From positions 1-64,000 of the forward strand of contig JAHHIM010000011.1 in NCBI GenBank assembly GCA_019358915.1: a stretch of 64,000 nucleotides of DNA. Reading direction: 5' to 3'. This DNA comes from Trichormus sp. ATA11-4-KO1. GTDB lineage: Bacteria; Cyanobacteriota; Cyanobacteriia; Cyanobacteriales; Nostocaceae. Positions within the stretch are counted from its first letter, which is position 1; each line of letters begins with the position of its first letter. Below, piece after piece: positions 9,583 through 21,190 of this stretch. A program made the position numbers and the translations under genes. Under the pieces are notes generated by a model that had not been told where the DNA came from, made no database searches, and was given only the letters and a program-made list of their open reading frames with translations.

Positions 9583-10119
9583 CTATATCAACCGCAGATA
9601 AGGACATTTAGATAAAAACTCAGATGCTTTATTATGGGCATCTGGATTATTGATATGTGCTGGAGTAGGTCGAATAACGCCACCAAATAAGTCATCTAAT
9701 CCGTAAGGGGTAAAAAATTCCCATTGTCCTTGCGAATCTACTCGTACACCTACAGCCGTAGCAGTGTGCAACCAATCTTGAATGCCATCCTCTGTACTAG
9801 TATAGAGTCTGCTGCCAGAACGCCAACGGGCAAAACTAGCTTGATTTTTGATATCAAATTGATGATTGGGAAATTGTTCTGTTAAGTGTGCCTTGGCTGC
9901 TAATTCCTGGGAACGATTTCCTGATTCATCAAAGAAAGCAATATCAAAATCTTTGATGAATAACGCACATTTTTGACCAAATATTGAATGCCAAACTGTG
10001 TTTCGCACTGCACCTCCTGCTAACCACCAGTTAGGCAAGTTGAGTTGGGCGATCGCAGGTAATACAGTGTCAACAAGTGTATTAGCTAAGATTATTTGTA
10101 AGCGAGCATGACTATTCAT
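9583..10119 (-). CDS. Nucleotidyltransferase-family protein (DUF925-like)
   Basis: WLAGGAVRNTVW, KDFDIAFFD, KNQA, PYGLDDLF motifs. Confidence 0.85.
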   Translation of the reverse strand: MNSHARLQIILANTLVDTVLPAIAQLNLPNWWLAGGAVRNTVWHSIFGQKCALFIKDFDIAFFDESGNRSQELAAKAHLTEQFPNHQFDIKNQASFARWRSGSRLYTSTEDGIQDWLHTATAVGVRVDSQGQWEFFTPYGLDDLFGGVIRPTPAHINNPDAHNKASEFLSKCPYLRLI

Positions 10120-10770
10120 CGCAAATTCCTAGAATTCTTGACTAGAAACTGAAAACATTATTAATCAATTTTCATCAAAATATATAATATTTATGAAAAT
10201 AAATTTTGCAAGATAATACAGCTATAAATAGTAAGTACATCAATTATTTGACTGAAATTGACAGGAGGCTATTTTCTAGATTTATCATCATTGCCCAAAA
10301 ATAATATTAAGAGATGTAAAAATTGTATAGAATATTTAACACTGCTAAAAAGCATGAGAAAAAATTAAAATTATCTAAGATTTACTATTTTTTTAAATTC
10401 AAAATCAGAACTTATACGGATATCATTCAGGCTAAAACTCTTTAAGATAATAGATCACTACTGAAAGTATTTTAATATTGAAATATAGCAATCCCACTCG
10501 AGAGGTAAAACATTAAAGAGGAGTAGAATAAGCTAAAAAGTAATTTTATATTAGATAAATACTTAATTATAGCTACTTTTGCAGTATTTCTACCTTCCTT
10601 AATCTTTTAATCTTGGCTGATGAATGTTATAGAGCAATACATACAGAATAAATAGGCAGCTATGTAAATTAGTGTGCCAAATATATTCTTGCTCATTGAG
10701 ATGCTTACCGACTGCTATATAGCTAGTTTGGGTATTTAAAGGGCTGATTTGTTAATCAAAGGAACAAAGT

Positions 10771-11982
10771 ATGACCCACCCGGAACTGATAATATCAAAT
10801 AACATTCTGAATGAGTTTAAAACTTGTACTCAACTGCAATACAATGGCTATTTAAAAATAAAAAGTTTAAAGGGATACCAATGGACTTTTTATTATCGCC
10901 TAGGACGGATGGTTTGGGCAACAGGAGGAACTCATCCTTTCCGGCGCTGGCGGCGTAATATGGCTCAATTTTGTCCTCAGATTGATGTGGATAAAATGCA
11001 ATTACGCAGTCACGACATCTCAATAGATTATTGGGATTATCGCCTCCTAGAAATTTTGTATAAAAAACAGAAAATTCAACGAGAACAAATTCACGCTATT
11101 GTGGAGAGTACAATAGCAGAACTGTTGTTTGACTTAGCTCAGCACACAGATTTTGTCTCTGCTAGTTGCGATCGCAGCCAAGAGGTAATCCTAGAAACGC
11201 CAATGAGTTTCACAAGTGCAAATGTGTCTATGAAGCAGATGCAAGACTCGTGGAAGATTTGGTCAGAAGCGGGTTTAGCCAATTTTTCTCCTGATTTAGC
11301 GCCAGTCCTGCGGAAACCTGAACAACTCCAGCAGCAAGTCAGTGCATCTGTCTATAAAAACTTTGTCAGTTTGCTCAACGGCAAATACACTTTGCGGGAT
11401 TTAGCTGCAAAAATGAAGCAGAGTATTGTGCTTGTTACTCGTTCGTTGCTTCCCTATATTCTCAAAGGCATTATTGAATTGGTGGAAGTACCTGATTTGC
11501 CTTTGTCAGTTGTGCAAGTCAAAATCAATCCTATTTCCACACAACCCAAGAAATCAACTGCGCCACTGGTAGCTTGCGTAGATGATAGCCCTCAGGTTTG
11601 TAAAATGCTAGAGGAAGTTATTACCTCCCATGGATTGAGATTTATCAAGATTGAAGATGCTGTACAAGCTTTACCAACCCTCATTCAAGATAAACCAGAC
11701 CTGATTTTTTTAGATTTGATGATGCCAATCGCCAGTGGCTACGAAATCTGCACTCAGTTACGTCGCATTTCTGCCTTTGCCAATACACCTGTAATCATCT
11801 TAACGGGCAACGACGGTCTTTTGGATAGAGTCCGCGCTAAGGTGGTTGGTTCCACTGATTTTCTCACTAAACCTGTATCGGCCGATAAGGTAATGAGTGT
11901 AGTACGTAAGTATTTACCTGTACAGGCTCAACCTCAAGTTAAAAACAGACCACATCAATCTCATTTAAAGGTTTGTCATTAA
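10771..11982 (+). CDS. pixG: PatA-family response regulator (PixG-like)
   Basis: N-terminal PATAN-like region, C-terminal receiver (VDDS, FLDLMMP, FLTKP); first gene of the taxis cluster. Confidence 0.8.
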   Translation: MTHPELIISNNILNEFKTCTQLQYNGYLKIKSLKGYQWTFYYRLGRMVWATGGTHPFRRWRRNMAQFCPQIDVDKMQLRSHDISIDYWDYRLLEILYKKQKIQREQIHAIVESTIAELLFDLAQHTDFVSASCDRSQEVILETPMSFTSANVSMKQMQDSWKIWSEAGLANFSPDLAPVLRKPEQLQQQVSASVYKNFVSLLNGKYTLRDLAAKMKQSIVLVTRSLLPYILKGIIELVEVPDLPLSVVQVKINPISTQPKKSTAPLVACVDDSPQVCKMLEEVITSHGLRFIKIEDAVQALPTLIQDKPDLIFLDLMMPIASGYEICTQLRRISAFANTPVIILTGNDGLLDRVRAKVVGSTDFLTKPVSADKVMSVVRKYLPVQAQPQVKNRPHQSHLKVCH

Positions 11983-12261
11983 GGCATTAGTCATCAATTT
12001 TTGATTAGTTGCTTTAATTTTTTATTTCGTTTTTAGATAACTTCTCAAAAATCACCTGCAAAATCAAACTTGCGTTTAGGCTCATTAACTTCAACCTAAA
12101 TTATCCGTGGAGTTAATAACCTAATTTTTGGAGATTAAATAAAGTCAGTGAAAAATTAAAAACCAAATATGAAAACGAAAAATTGAATTTTAACTCTGTA
12201 TATGGCTCATTTAGACATATACTTCGGCTTGCTTTCTAAAAGAATTTAACAGGTGATTGCC

Positions 12262-12624
12262 ATGAATACTGTTTTAGTTGTTGAAGATGGTTTGACCGAT
12301 CTGGAAATCCTCAGTCGTTACTTACAACAAGCAGGCTATTCTGTGATTAGTGCCACAAGTAGTGAAGAGGTTCAGGTCAAAATAGACGGAAACAAACCGG
12401 ATTTGATATTTCTTGATGTAATTTTACCCGGTAAAAGCGGATTTGAAATTTGTCGGGAACTGAAAAATAACCCTGATACTAGCAAAATTCCCGTAGTTTT
12501 TTGCTCTACTAAAAATAGTGATGTAGACAAAATTTGGGGAAATATGCTAGGTGCAGAAGCTTATCTTTCTAAGCCAATAGATCAAGAGGAATTAGTAGTT
12601 ACTCTCAAGAAATTACTCAAATAA
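12262..12624 (+). CDS. pixH: CheY-like response regulator (PixH-like)
   Basis: Single receiver domain (LVVED, FLDVILP, YLSKP); alternative GTG start at 12253. Confidence 0.8.
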   Translation: MNTVLVVEDGLTDLEILSRYLQQAGYSVISATSSEEVQVKIDGNKPDLIFLDVILPGKSGFEICRELKNNPDTSKIPVVFCSTKNSDVDKIWGNMLGAEAYLSKPIDQEELVVTLKKLLK

Positions 12625-12714
12625 AACTGTGTGCAATTGATTATAAATTTGGAATTTATTAATGGATTCACTAGTTGATAAATTTTCATAATTGCAATCA
12701 AAGGATAAATAACA

Positions 12715-13188
12715 TTGGATAACAGACAAAAATTTTTAAGCCTTAACTTGGGAACAAGGGATACCGCAGTGATTGCTTTACAGCACATCACAGAAGTTTT
12801 TCAAGTGTCATTGGCGGATATATGTGGTGTTCCCCAAATGCCTAGTTGCGTTTTGGGTATTTACAACTGGCGTGGCGAGATGCTTTGGTTAGTTGATTTA
12901 GAAGCGATGCTGGGTTATCCACCACTTTTACAAGGAGCAAATATTCTCTCAAATATGATGGCAATTGTACTGCAAAAAGAGGGAAAAAATTTAGGTTTAT
13001 TGGTGCGGCAACTTATGGATATTGAGTGGCTGGATATCAATCAAATTAAACCTCCATCTGCAGAATTATTTTATCCAGCAATGTCACCTTTCTTGCAAGG
13101 ATACTTTATTAATAGTGTTGAAGAGATGATATTAAATTTGGATGCTACAGCGATTATTCAATCTCCGTTGTGGGCTATTAATAATTAA
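12715..13188 (+). CDS. pixI: CheW-like adaptor (PixI-like)
   Basis: VPQMP..VLGIYNWRGEMLWLVDL CheW signature. Confidence 0.85.
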   Translation: MDNRQKFLSLNLGTRDTAVIALQHITEVFQVSLADICGVPQMPSCVLGIYNWRGEMLWLVDLEAMLGYPPLLQGANILSNMMAIVLQKEGKNLGLLVRQLMDIEWLDINQIKPPSAELFYPAMSPFLQGYFINSVEEMILNLDATAIIQSPLWAINN

Positions 13189-13249
13189 GTATTATTGCTC
13201 AATACTAGTTTTTATTACTTGAATACTAACAATTATCGAGGTTTTCAAA

Positions 13250-16200
13250 ATGACGATCGCATATCAGAATAGCCACGAGAACGAGCCTATAGTTACTGAT
13301 TTAGCATCTTTAGAAAATCAGAATGGCGGTAATACAATTGCCAATATTACTAGCGATGCCATATCTGAATTAAATACAGTTTCTCAGGAATTTAAAATTT
13401 GGCGACAGCAGTTGCAAGCAATCACAACTCAGATGCGTCAAGCCTTAGATGTGGATACGTTACTTAAAATTACTGTAGCACAAATCAGGGAGAAAATTGG
13501 CTGCGATCGCGCGTTAATTTATCACTTTACTACTCTTGACTCTGGTACGGTTTTATCAGAATCTCGCACCCTAGGTTGGACACCTACTCTCAGTGAAAAT
13601 TTACCAGGGATTATTTTTGGCTTATATACTAGTCAAGACTATATAGAACCTGTAGCAATTGATGATATCAATCAAAGACAAATTACCCCCCATCAAAAAC
13701 AATTACTGGATAAATTTCAAGTCAAAGCTAGTTTAAGTTTACCGATTTTAGTAGAGGGCAAAGTTTGGGGATTATTAGCAATCAATAATTGTGCTTCACC
13801 CCGCCAGTGGCAGGAAGGAGAAATTACTTTATTATCTCAAATTACAACAGAACTAACCTACAGATTACAAAACTTTGAATTTCAAAAAGAATTACAACAG
13901 CAAACACTAGCGAAGAAATCTGTTGCCAAAGTCATCGATAAGATTCTGCGAATATCAAACGTCGATAAAATTTTTCAAACAACCACTCAGGAAATCCGCC
14001 AATTATTGCGATGCGATCGCGTCGGTGTCTACCGCTTCAAACCTGATTGGAGTGGGGAATTTGTAGCTGAGTCAGTGGGTCATGGTTGGGTGAAAATGGT
14101 CACACCAGATTTTAAAATGGTCTGGGAAGATACTCACTTGCAAGAAACCCAAGGAGGACGTTATGCCAAGGGTGAAAGCTTTGCAGTCAATGACATTTAT
14201 CAAGTAGGTCATGCTCAATGCCACATTGATATTTTAGAACAGTTTGAAATGAAAGCTTATATAATTGTTCCTATTTTTTCTGGGGAGCAATTATGGGGTT
14301 TATTGGCAGCTTATCAAAATTCTGGGCCTCGTGAATGGCAACCCTGGGAAATTAGTTTTTTAACTCAGATTGGCTTGCAATTTGGTGTAGCTATTTCACA
14401 AGGTGAATATTTAGAACAAATGCAGATGCAATCTGAGCAACTAATTCAGATTGCCGAACAAGAAAAGGCTTTTACTAAGATAGTAAACCGCATTCGACAA
14501 TCTTTAGATGTAGACAGCTTCTTTAAAACAACCACTCAAGAAGTCCGCCAAGCACTGCGATGCGATCGCGTGGCTGTTTATCACTTCAACTCTGATTGGG
14601 GTGGCGAATTTGTAGCTGAGTCGGTAGGTAATAACTGGGTAAAACTGGTAGGTCCTGATATTAAAACTGTCTTGGATGATACCTACTTACAAGAAACTCA
14701 AGGAGGTCGCTATGCTAGAGGTGAAAATTTTGTCGTTAATGATATCCATACAATAGGTCTTGCTCCCTGTCACATTGAAATTTTAGAGCAGTTTGAAGCC
14801 AAAGCTTATATTATTGTGCCGATATTCTTTGGAGAAAACTTATGGGGCTTATTGGCAGCTTATCAAAATTCTGGTACTCGTGATTGGCAGCCTTGGGAAG
14901 TCAACTTTTTAACTCAGATTGGCTTGCAATTTAGCCTAGCTAAATCACAAATAGATTATCTCGAACAAGTGCAGGTGAAATCTGAGAAACTAGCTCAAAT
15001 AGCTGAACAAGAAAAAGCTGTTACTAAAATAGTCAACCGTATTCGCCAATCCTTAGATGTAGACGAAATTTTCAAAACAGCTACTCAAGAAGTCCGCCAA
15101 TTATTACGATGCGATCGCGTGGCTGTATTTCGCTTCAATCCTGATTGGAGTGGTGAATTTATCGCTGAATCAGTAGGTCATAATTGGGTAAAACTTGTAG
15201 GTCCTGATATCAAAACTGTTTGGGAAGATACTCACTTACAAGAAACTCAGGGAGGTCGATACGTTAAAGGTGAAAGCTTTGTTGCTCACGATATTTATCA
15301 AGTAGGTCATTCTCCCTGTCACATTGAAATTTTAGAGCAATTTGAAGTCAAAGCTTATATTATAGTTCCTGTATTCTCTGGGGAAAAATTGTGGGGTTTG
15401 TTGGCGGCTTATCAAAATTCCGGTTCTCGTAATTGGGAAGAATCGCAAGTTACCTTATTAGCAAGAATTGGCGACCAATTAGGATTAGGATTACAACAAA
15501 CTGAATATTTACAACAGCTAGAAACACAGTCAGCCAAATTAGCAGCAGCCGCAGCACGGGAAAAGGCAGCCAAGGAATTACTACAACAACGGTCTATTCA
15601 ACTGCTAACAGCGCTGAGACCAGCTCTGAATGGCGATTTGACAGTACGCGCACCAATTACCGAAGACGAACTCGGTACAATTGCTGATGCTTACAACAAT
15701 ACTCTACAAGCACTACGGCAAATTGTCATTCAAGTACAAACCACTTCCCAACAAGTTGCCCAAACATCAAGTAATAGTCATGCTTCACTAGCGGGACTGA
15801 CAAATTTAGCAAAACAACAATCTGAAGAAATTACCGCAGCCCTTGGCGAAATTCAACAGATGGTGGACTCTACCCAAGCTGTAGTAGCTAACGCCGATTT
15901 GGTGCAGGTAGCGGTGCAACAAGCCAACCAAACTGTCGAGTCTGGTGATGCAGCGATGAACCAGACAGTCAAGGCCATCCAAGCGATTCGTGAAACCGTG
16001 GCCCAAACCAGTAAAAAGATTAAGCGCCTCAGCGAATCCTCGCAAAAAATCTCCAAGGTGGTGAATTTGATTAGTAACTTCGCTACACAAACCAACGTAC
16101 TGGCGCTGAATGCAGCTATTGAAGCCACTCGTGCAGGTGAATATGGCAAAGGCTTTGCAGTGGTAGCCGATGAAGTCCGTTCTTTATCTCGCCAATCAGC

Positions 16201-16567
16201 AGCCGCAACCATTGAAATTGAAAAATTAGTCCAAGAAATTCAAGCAGAAACTGGTGAAGTCGCAGTAGCAATGGAAACAGGCATTCAGCAAGTGGTAGAA
16301 GGTACAAACTTTGTGAGTGAAACCCGCCAAAACTTGAACGCAATTGTTTCCGCAACTGCCGAAATTAGTCAATTAATCCAGCGAATTACCGCAGCAACTC
16401 AAAAACAAATGGGACAATCTGTAACGGTAACCGCATCCATGCAAGATGTAGCAGAAATTGCTCACAAGACTTTCACTGAATCTCAGGAAATTGCTGCCGT
16501 CTTGCAAGATTTATCAGGGATGGCACAAGAGTTATTAGCAACTGCTAGTCAGTTTAAAGTCAATTAG
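13250..16567 (+). CDS. pixJ: Soluble methyl-accepting photoreceptor with four GAF domains (PixJ-like cyanobacteriochrome)
   Basis: GAF2-4 carry [11 protein letters not shown] and CH motifs (Cys codons 14219, 14768, 15317); MCP hairpin [13 protein letters not shown]. Confidence 0.9.
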   Translation: MTIAYQNSHENEPIVTDLASLENQNGGNTIANITSDAISELNTVSQEFKIWRQQLQAITTQMRQALDVDTLLKITVAQIREKIGCDRALIYHFTTLDSGTVLSESRTLGWTPTLSENLPGIIFGLYTSQDYIEPVAIDDINQRQITPHQKQLLDKFQVKASLSLPILVEGKVWGLLAINNCASPRQWQEGEITLLSQITTELTYRLQNFEFQKELQQQTLAKKSVAKVIDKILRISNVDKIFQTTTQEIRQLLRCDRVGVYRFKPDWSGEFVAESVGHGWVKMVTPDFKMVWEDTHLQETQGGRYAKGESFAVNDIYQVGHAQCHIDILEQFEMKAYIIVPIFSGEQLWGLLAAYQNSGPREWQPWEISFLTQIGLQFGVAISQGEYLEQMQMQSEQLIQIAEQEKAFTKIVNRIRQSLDVDSFFKTTTQEVRQALRCDRVAVYHFNSDWGGEFVAESVGNNWVKLVGPDIKTVLDDTYLQETQGGRYARGENFVVNDIHTIGLAPCHIEILEQFEAKAYIIVPIFFGENLWGLLAAYQNSGTRDWQPWEVNFLTQIGLQFSLAKSQIDYLEQVQVKSEKLAQIAEQEKAVTKIVNRIRQSLDVDEIFKTATQEVRQLLRCDRVAVFRFNPDWSGEFIAESVGHNWVKLVGPDIKTVWEDTHLQETQGGRYVKGESFVAHDIYQVGHSPCHIEILEQFEVKAYIIVPVFSGEKLWGLLAAYQNSGSRNWEESQVTLLARIGDQLGLGLQQTEYLQQLETQSAKLAAAAAREKAAKELLQQRSIQLLTALRPALNGDLTVRAPITEDELGTIADAYNNTLQALRQIVIQVQTTSQQVAQTSSNSHASLAGLTNLAKQQSEEITAALGEIQQMVDSTQAVVANADLVQVAVQQANQTVESGDAAMNQTVKAIQAIRETVAQTSKKIKRLSESSQKISKVVNLISNFATQTNVLALNAAIEATRAGEYGKGFAVVADEVRSLSRQSAAATIEIEKLVQEIQAETGEVAVAMETGIQQVVEGTNFVSETRQNLNAIVSATAEISQLIQRITAATQKQMGQSVTVTASMQDVAEIAHKTFTESQEIAAVLQDLSGMAQELLATASQFKVN

Positions 16568-16673
16568 CAAATAGATATCTTTGTGTCTTCGTAGTAAAAC
16601 ACAAAGGCACAAAGACACAAAGAAAAAATAAAATTGTATGAATTTATTATCTTAAAATACTTACTCACCAATT

Positions 16674-19600
16674 ATGATTACAGACTCTGAAATTCGTGAA
16701 CAAGGTTATACATATTTTCTGGCAGAAGCACCAGAGTTGGTGCAAATTATTGAGCAAGAACTATTTAGCTTATCAGAAGCTTATAGCATTGCTAAAGTTC
16801 ATAATTTAATGCGGGCAACTCATACACTCAAAGGTGGTGCTGCTAATGTTGGGTTAGAGGTAATTCAAATGATAGCCCATTCTTTAGAAGATGTGTTTCA
16901 GGCTTTGTATGATCCAGATGTGGTAGTTGATGATGAACTACAATCACTTTTATTACAAGCTTATGAATGTCTGAATTTAGCAGTAACTACAGAATTGACA
17001 GGCAGTACTATTAATCATGAAGAACTTTTGCAACGAGCAACTTTAGTTTTTGCACAGTTGCAAGAAAAACTCGGTGATGCTTTTGGTGCTGATCATCATA
17101 TTCCCACTTCTCAGGAATTGGGATTTGATATAGTTCAGTCTATTTTTGAAGTAGGGGTACAACAACGTTTAGTAAGTATTGCTGAAGCTATTAATCATCC
17201 ACCAGATAATGACGAATTTAAAGATTTTTTAGGCTCTCAAGCTGAGGTATTTCTTGGCTTGGCAGAATCTTTAAAGTTACCTGGATGGGGAGAAATTGCC
17301 CAAACAATTTTGGCAGCACTGCAAGCAAACCCCAACCAAGTATGCCAAATTGCAGAAATCGCCTTGGTGGATTTGCAGCAAGCACAAAAAGATATATTAG
17401 CAGGCGATCGCACTTGTGGTGGTACACCTTCTCCAGATTTGCAAAAGTTTACAACAGTAACAGTTGACGAGTTATCTGGCTCTACTTGTAAATTTCTCAG
17501 TAATGCTGAAGCATTTTACCAATTTTTAACGGTATCTGGCAACACTAAAAATGAGCGGATCAAACCTACAACTGCAAAATTATATTTAAAAGTAATCTAC
17601 TATATTTTTGGCTGGTTTAATCACCAGATGGAAATACCTCAGCCAGAACTTAATTTATCTTTGCTTATTCCCAAAGCAGAAAAAGAAAACCAGATAAACT
17701 ATATTACTAATTGGCTGAGTAATTTTTTAAATTTTGTCCAAGATGAAGAAGATAGTTATAGTCTTTGCCTTTATCGTCATGGGGTGATTTTAATCATCCT
17801 ACTGGCAGTTGCAAAATTTCAATATTTATCTGAGAAGACGGAGAGTTACATCCTCTTAATCCAAACACTACAAAATCAAATTCGTGCATTAGCAAAAGAA
17901 TATAAAAACTATCCTCCTGTCAATGCTCAAGAAAAAAATTGGCTTGACAGTTCCAAGTTACGCAAGTTGCTAGTCTTCAAAGAGATATCAACTCCTGCAT
18001 CTTCTCTAACTGATAGCCTGTTAGAGTCGATATGGGGAGGAGAAACTGATGAAGTTATGAATACTGAAATTAATGAGAAAGTTAATCAATCATTAATTGT
18101 CAGTGATCAGGCGGTTGAAAACATCTTAAAAACAGGAATTGAGGCTATTTCTGATTCAGCTACACAAATCAACGAACAGATAGAAGATAAATTGCAGCTA
18201 CAGCAAAGCAGAAATTCTCGACAACCTGTATTTATTCGTGTGGATGTAGAAGGACTACAACACTTGAATTATTTAGCAGGAGAATTACTAATCCATCAAA
18301 AACGCCGCACATTATATGATGAACAAATTCAAGAAATATTTGAGCAATTATTACAGCGACTTAGCAGACATCAAGCAACTTTAAATCAATTGCGGGATTT
18401 GCCAATACAGATACAAAATTTCTCATCCTCATCTACACAAAATTTTGCATCTGTAAAATTTGACTCTCTGGAAATGGATGTATATACAGAATTTCATATG
18501 TCGTTGCATGAAGCTATAGAAGAGACTCTGCAATTACAAGAAACTACAGAATCCCTTGATTTACTCCTCAGACAAGCTACACAAATTAGTGATAAAAAAC
18601 AGACTTTAACTTTCAATATCATTGATAAATTAGTTGCAGCAAGAATGTTACCTTTGGGAAATGTTCTCAATCGCTTGCCTCAGATGGTGAAAAAGTTGGG
18701 AAATGTTTATCACAAACTTGTAGAATTGAAACTTACTGGCACAGAAGTGTTAGTAGATAAAGCGATCACCGAAAAAATTTATGACCCATTATTGCATTTA
18801 GTACGTAATGCTTTTGACCACGGTATTGAACTTCCGCAAGTGCGCCGGGAACGTGGCAAACCAGAACAAGGTACAATCGAAATCTGTGCTTATCATCAGG
18901 GTAGTCAAACTATTATTGAAGTCCGGGATGATGGACAGGGATTGAATTTTGAAAGCATTCGCCAGAAGGCTGTGGAACTTAATTTCATCTCAAATTCTAA
19001 CTCGGACAAATCTGAATTATTAGATTTGATGTTTGCTCCTGGATTATCTACTGCTGATCAAGTGAATGAAATTTCTGGACGTGGTATGGGGTTAGATATC
19101 GTGCGTTCTCAGTTGCAAGCACTCAACGGCTTTATTTCAGTTCAATCTTTGCCAAATCAAGGAACCACATTCATACTTAAAATACCTTTTTCTATGACTA
19201 CTGATAAATTAATGCTGATCCAGGCGGGAGGTGTTGTTTATGCCTTACTTTTGGATAGTATCGAAAAAATATTAATTCCCTCTACTCAAAATATCCGGGA
19301 ATTTGAGGGAAAAAAAGTCTTGCATTGGCATACAGGTGAGGATGAAACTATAGTTAACCTTCATCAATTTTCCGAGTTGATAAACTATAACGGTTCGTTT
19401 TTTAATAATGCGAGCCTACAGAATGCATCAATTTCCTCCGAAACAGGAATTATGGAAAATCCTGTGTTACTTTTACGACGAAATCAAGGCACTTTTGGTT
19501 TAGAAGTTGACCAAATAATTGGCGAACAAGAACTAGTAATTAGACCTTTAGGAAATGCGATCGCACCTCCAAAGTATATTTATGGTTGCAGTAGTTTAGC

Positions 19601-20198
19601 TAACGGTAATCTCATCTTAGTTGTCGATGGTGCGCTACTACTAGAGTCTGATGAGATGCCAGCAAAACTTGAAGTTACAGCATTGCCAACAGCTTATCCT
19701 TTAGACCAAAAAGCTTTGCCGATGTCAGATTATACTGTCTCAAATACGCCTTTACTAGCTGCATCTACGAATACTATAGAGCCAAATAACAAAGTTTTAA
19801 AAGTAATTTTGGTAGTAGACGATGCTATTAGTCTGAGACAAACTCTTTCTCTGACTCTACAAAAATCTGGCTATCAAGTTATTCAAGCGCAAAATGGTAT
19901 AGAAGCTTTAGAACAATTACAACGTCATCCTGATATTCAGGTAATCATCTCCGATTTAGAAATGCCGCGCATGAATGGTTTTGAGTTATTAGGCAATCTC
20001 CGTCAAAACCCAAATTTTGCCAAAATTCCTGTAGTGGTTCTCACTTCTCGCAGTGCTGAAAAACATCGTCAGCTAGCTCAAGAACTGGGTGCAAATGCTT
20101 ACTTAACTAAGCCTTATTTAGAACATGAATTTCTCTCGATTGTGAATGATTTAATTAATAGAGATGATAAAAATTTAACTTCTTTGGCAATGATATAA
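16674..20198 (+). CDS. pixL: CheA-like hybrid histidine kinase (Hpt-kinase-CheW-receiver; PixL-like)
   Basis: HTLKGGA, HLVRNAFDHG, SGRGMGLD, CheW and receiver domains. Confidence 0.88.
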   Translation: MITDSEIREQGYTYFLAEAPELVQIIEQELFSLSEAYSIAKVHNLMRATHTLKGGAANVGLEVIQMIAHSLEDVFQALYDPDVVVDDELQSLLLQAYECLNLAVTTELTGSTINHEELLQRATLVFAQLQEKLGDAFGADHHIPTSQELGFDIVQSIFEVGVQQRLVSIAEAINHPPDNDEFKDFLGSQAEVFLGLAESLKLPGWGEIAQTILAALQANPNQVCQIAEIALVDLQQAQKDILAGDRTCGGTPSPDLQKFTTVTVDELSGSTCKFLSNAEAFYQFLTVSGNTKNERIKPTTAKLYLKVIYYIFGWFNHQMEIPQPELNLSLLIPKAEKENQINYITNWLSNFLNFVQDEEDSYSLCLYRHGVILIILLAVAKFQYLSEKTESYILLIQTLQNQIRALAKEYKNYPPVNAQEKNWLDSSKLRKLLVFKEISTPASSLTDSLLESIWGGETDEVMNTEINEKVNQSLIVSDQAVENILKTGIEAISDSATQINEQIEDKLQLQQSRNSRQPVFIRVDVEGLQHLNYLAGELLIHQKRRTLYDEQIQEIFEQLLQRLSRHQATLNQLRDLPIQIQNFSSSSTQNFASVKFDSLEMDVYTEFHMSLHEAIEETLQLQETTESLDLLLRQATQISDKKQTLTFNIIDKLVAARMLPLGNVLNRLPQMVKKLGNVYHKLVELKLTGTEVLVDKAITEKIYDPLLHLVRNAFDHGIELPQVRRERGKPEQGTIEICAYHQGSQTIIEVRDDGQGLNFESIRQKAVELNFISNSNSDKSELLDLMFAPGLSTADQVNEISGRGMGLDIVRSQLQALNGFISVQSLPNQGTTFILKIPFSMTTDKLMLIQAGGVVYALLLDSIEKILIPSTQNIREFEGKKVLHWHTGEDETIVNLHQFSELINYNGSFFNNASLQNASISSETGIMENPVLLLRRNQGTFGLEVDQIIGEQELVIRPLGNAIAPPKYIYGCSSLANGNLILVVDGALLLESDEMPAKLEVTALPTAYPLDQKALPMSDYTVSNTPLLAASTNTIEPNNKVLKVILVVDDAISLRQTLSLTLQKSGYQVIQAQNGIEALEQLQRHPDIQVIISDLEMPRMNGFELLGNLRQNPNFAKIPVVVLTSRSAEKHRQLAQELGANAYLTKPYLEHEFLSIVNDLINRDDKNLTSLAMI

Positions 20199-20201
20199 GA
20201 C

Positions 20202-20234
20202 TAATTCGTAATTCGTAATTCGTAATTCGTAATT
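20202..20234. repeat. Heptamer tandem repeat (TAATTCG)x4.7
   Basis: Direct reading; lies between convergent genes. Confidence 0.95.
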
Positions 20235-20251
20235 TTCTAATCTTTTATTTA

Positions 20252-21169
20252 CTACTGCTTAGGTGTAGCTTCACCAAACTTAATTAAAAGAGCGATCGCC
20301 ATACTCACAGCCAAAATCAAAGTCATACTCAAGGCTGAACCAAAGCCCCAATTTTGGGTGACTCCGAGAAACTGATTGTAGACTAACCGTGCTGCGGTCA
20401 TACTAGAAGCTCCACCAAGTAATTCTGGATCGATAAAATCTCCTAATCCTGTGATGAAGACTAGCATTGAACCAGCAATAATTCCTGGCAAAATTTGGGG
20501 TACGGTAACTTTCCAAAAAGCTTGCACAGAATTTGCGCCTAAATCGGCTGCTGCTTCTAGTAAACGCTTATCTAGCTTTTCTAGAGAAGCATATAAAATT
20601 AAAACCATATAGGGCAATAAGCTGTAGCTCATGCCAATTAAGACGGCTGGAACACTGTATAGTAATTCTAAGGTGGGTAAACCTAAATTACTGAGCAAAC
20701 TGTTCAATAAACCAGTAGGACGTAGAATACTAATCCAAGCATAAGAACGCAGTAGAGAGGAAGTCCACAAAGGTAAAACAAAGCCTAAAAGCAGCAAATT
20801 TCGCCAGCCCTGCGGTGCTATTTGAGCAATCCAATAGGCGACAGGGAAACCCAAAACTAAGCAAATTATTGTTGTAGCGATCGCTAACCAGAGCGAGCGT
20901 CCAATTACTTGTAGATAAAGGGGATCAAATATCCTGATATAATTATCCAATCCACTGGGATTGACTATATCTCCTGGTCTAATATTCGGTACTAAACTTA
21001 ATTCAAAAATTAGTAGCGTTGGCAGTACCAACAAAAGTATTAACCAAATACCAGATGGTGCAAGTAATACTAAGGGTTGTAGCCAGTTTATCTGGGGACG
21101 AGGTTTTTTTTCTATATCAGTAGTATTGCCTGGTGAATTCTGTTGAGAAGAATGATTTTTTGTAGACAC
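20252..21169 (-). CDS. potB: Polyamine ABC transporter permease
   Basis: LPLWTSSLLRSYAW, EAAADLGA (EAA loop). Confidence 0.88.
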   Translation of the reverse strand: MSTKNHSSQQNSPGNTTDIEKKPRPQINWLQPLVLLAPSGIWLILLLVLPTLLIFELSLVPNIRPGDIVNPSGLDNYIRIFDPLYLQVIGRSLWLAIATTIICLVLGFPVAYWIAQIAPQGWRNLLLLGFVLPLWTSSLLRSYAWISILRPTGLLNSLLSNLGLPTLELLYSVPAVLIGMSYSLLPYMVLILYASLEKLDKRLLEAAADLGANSVQAFWKVTVPQILPGIIAGSMLVFITGLGDFIDPELLGGASSMTAARLVYNQFLGVTQNWGFGSALSMTLILAVSMAIALLIKFGEATPKQ

Positions 21170-21190
21170 GACTTTTAATTATTTTTATTT

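Noticed and set aside
10120..10770. 650-bp AT-rich intergenic region as a possible ncRNA or small-gene locus
   Set aside because: No convincing ORF, stable hairpin or repeat seen; consistent with a long promoter region for the pix cluster
20202..20234. Tandem repeats (also 24102 and 48146) as possible CRISPR arrays
   Set aside because: 7-bp units without spacers and no cas genes; ordinary Nostocales short tandem repeats
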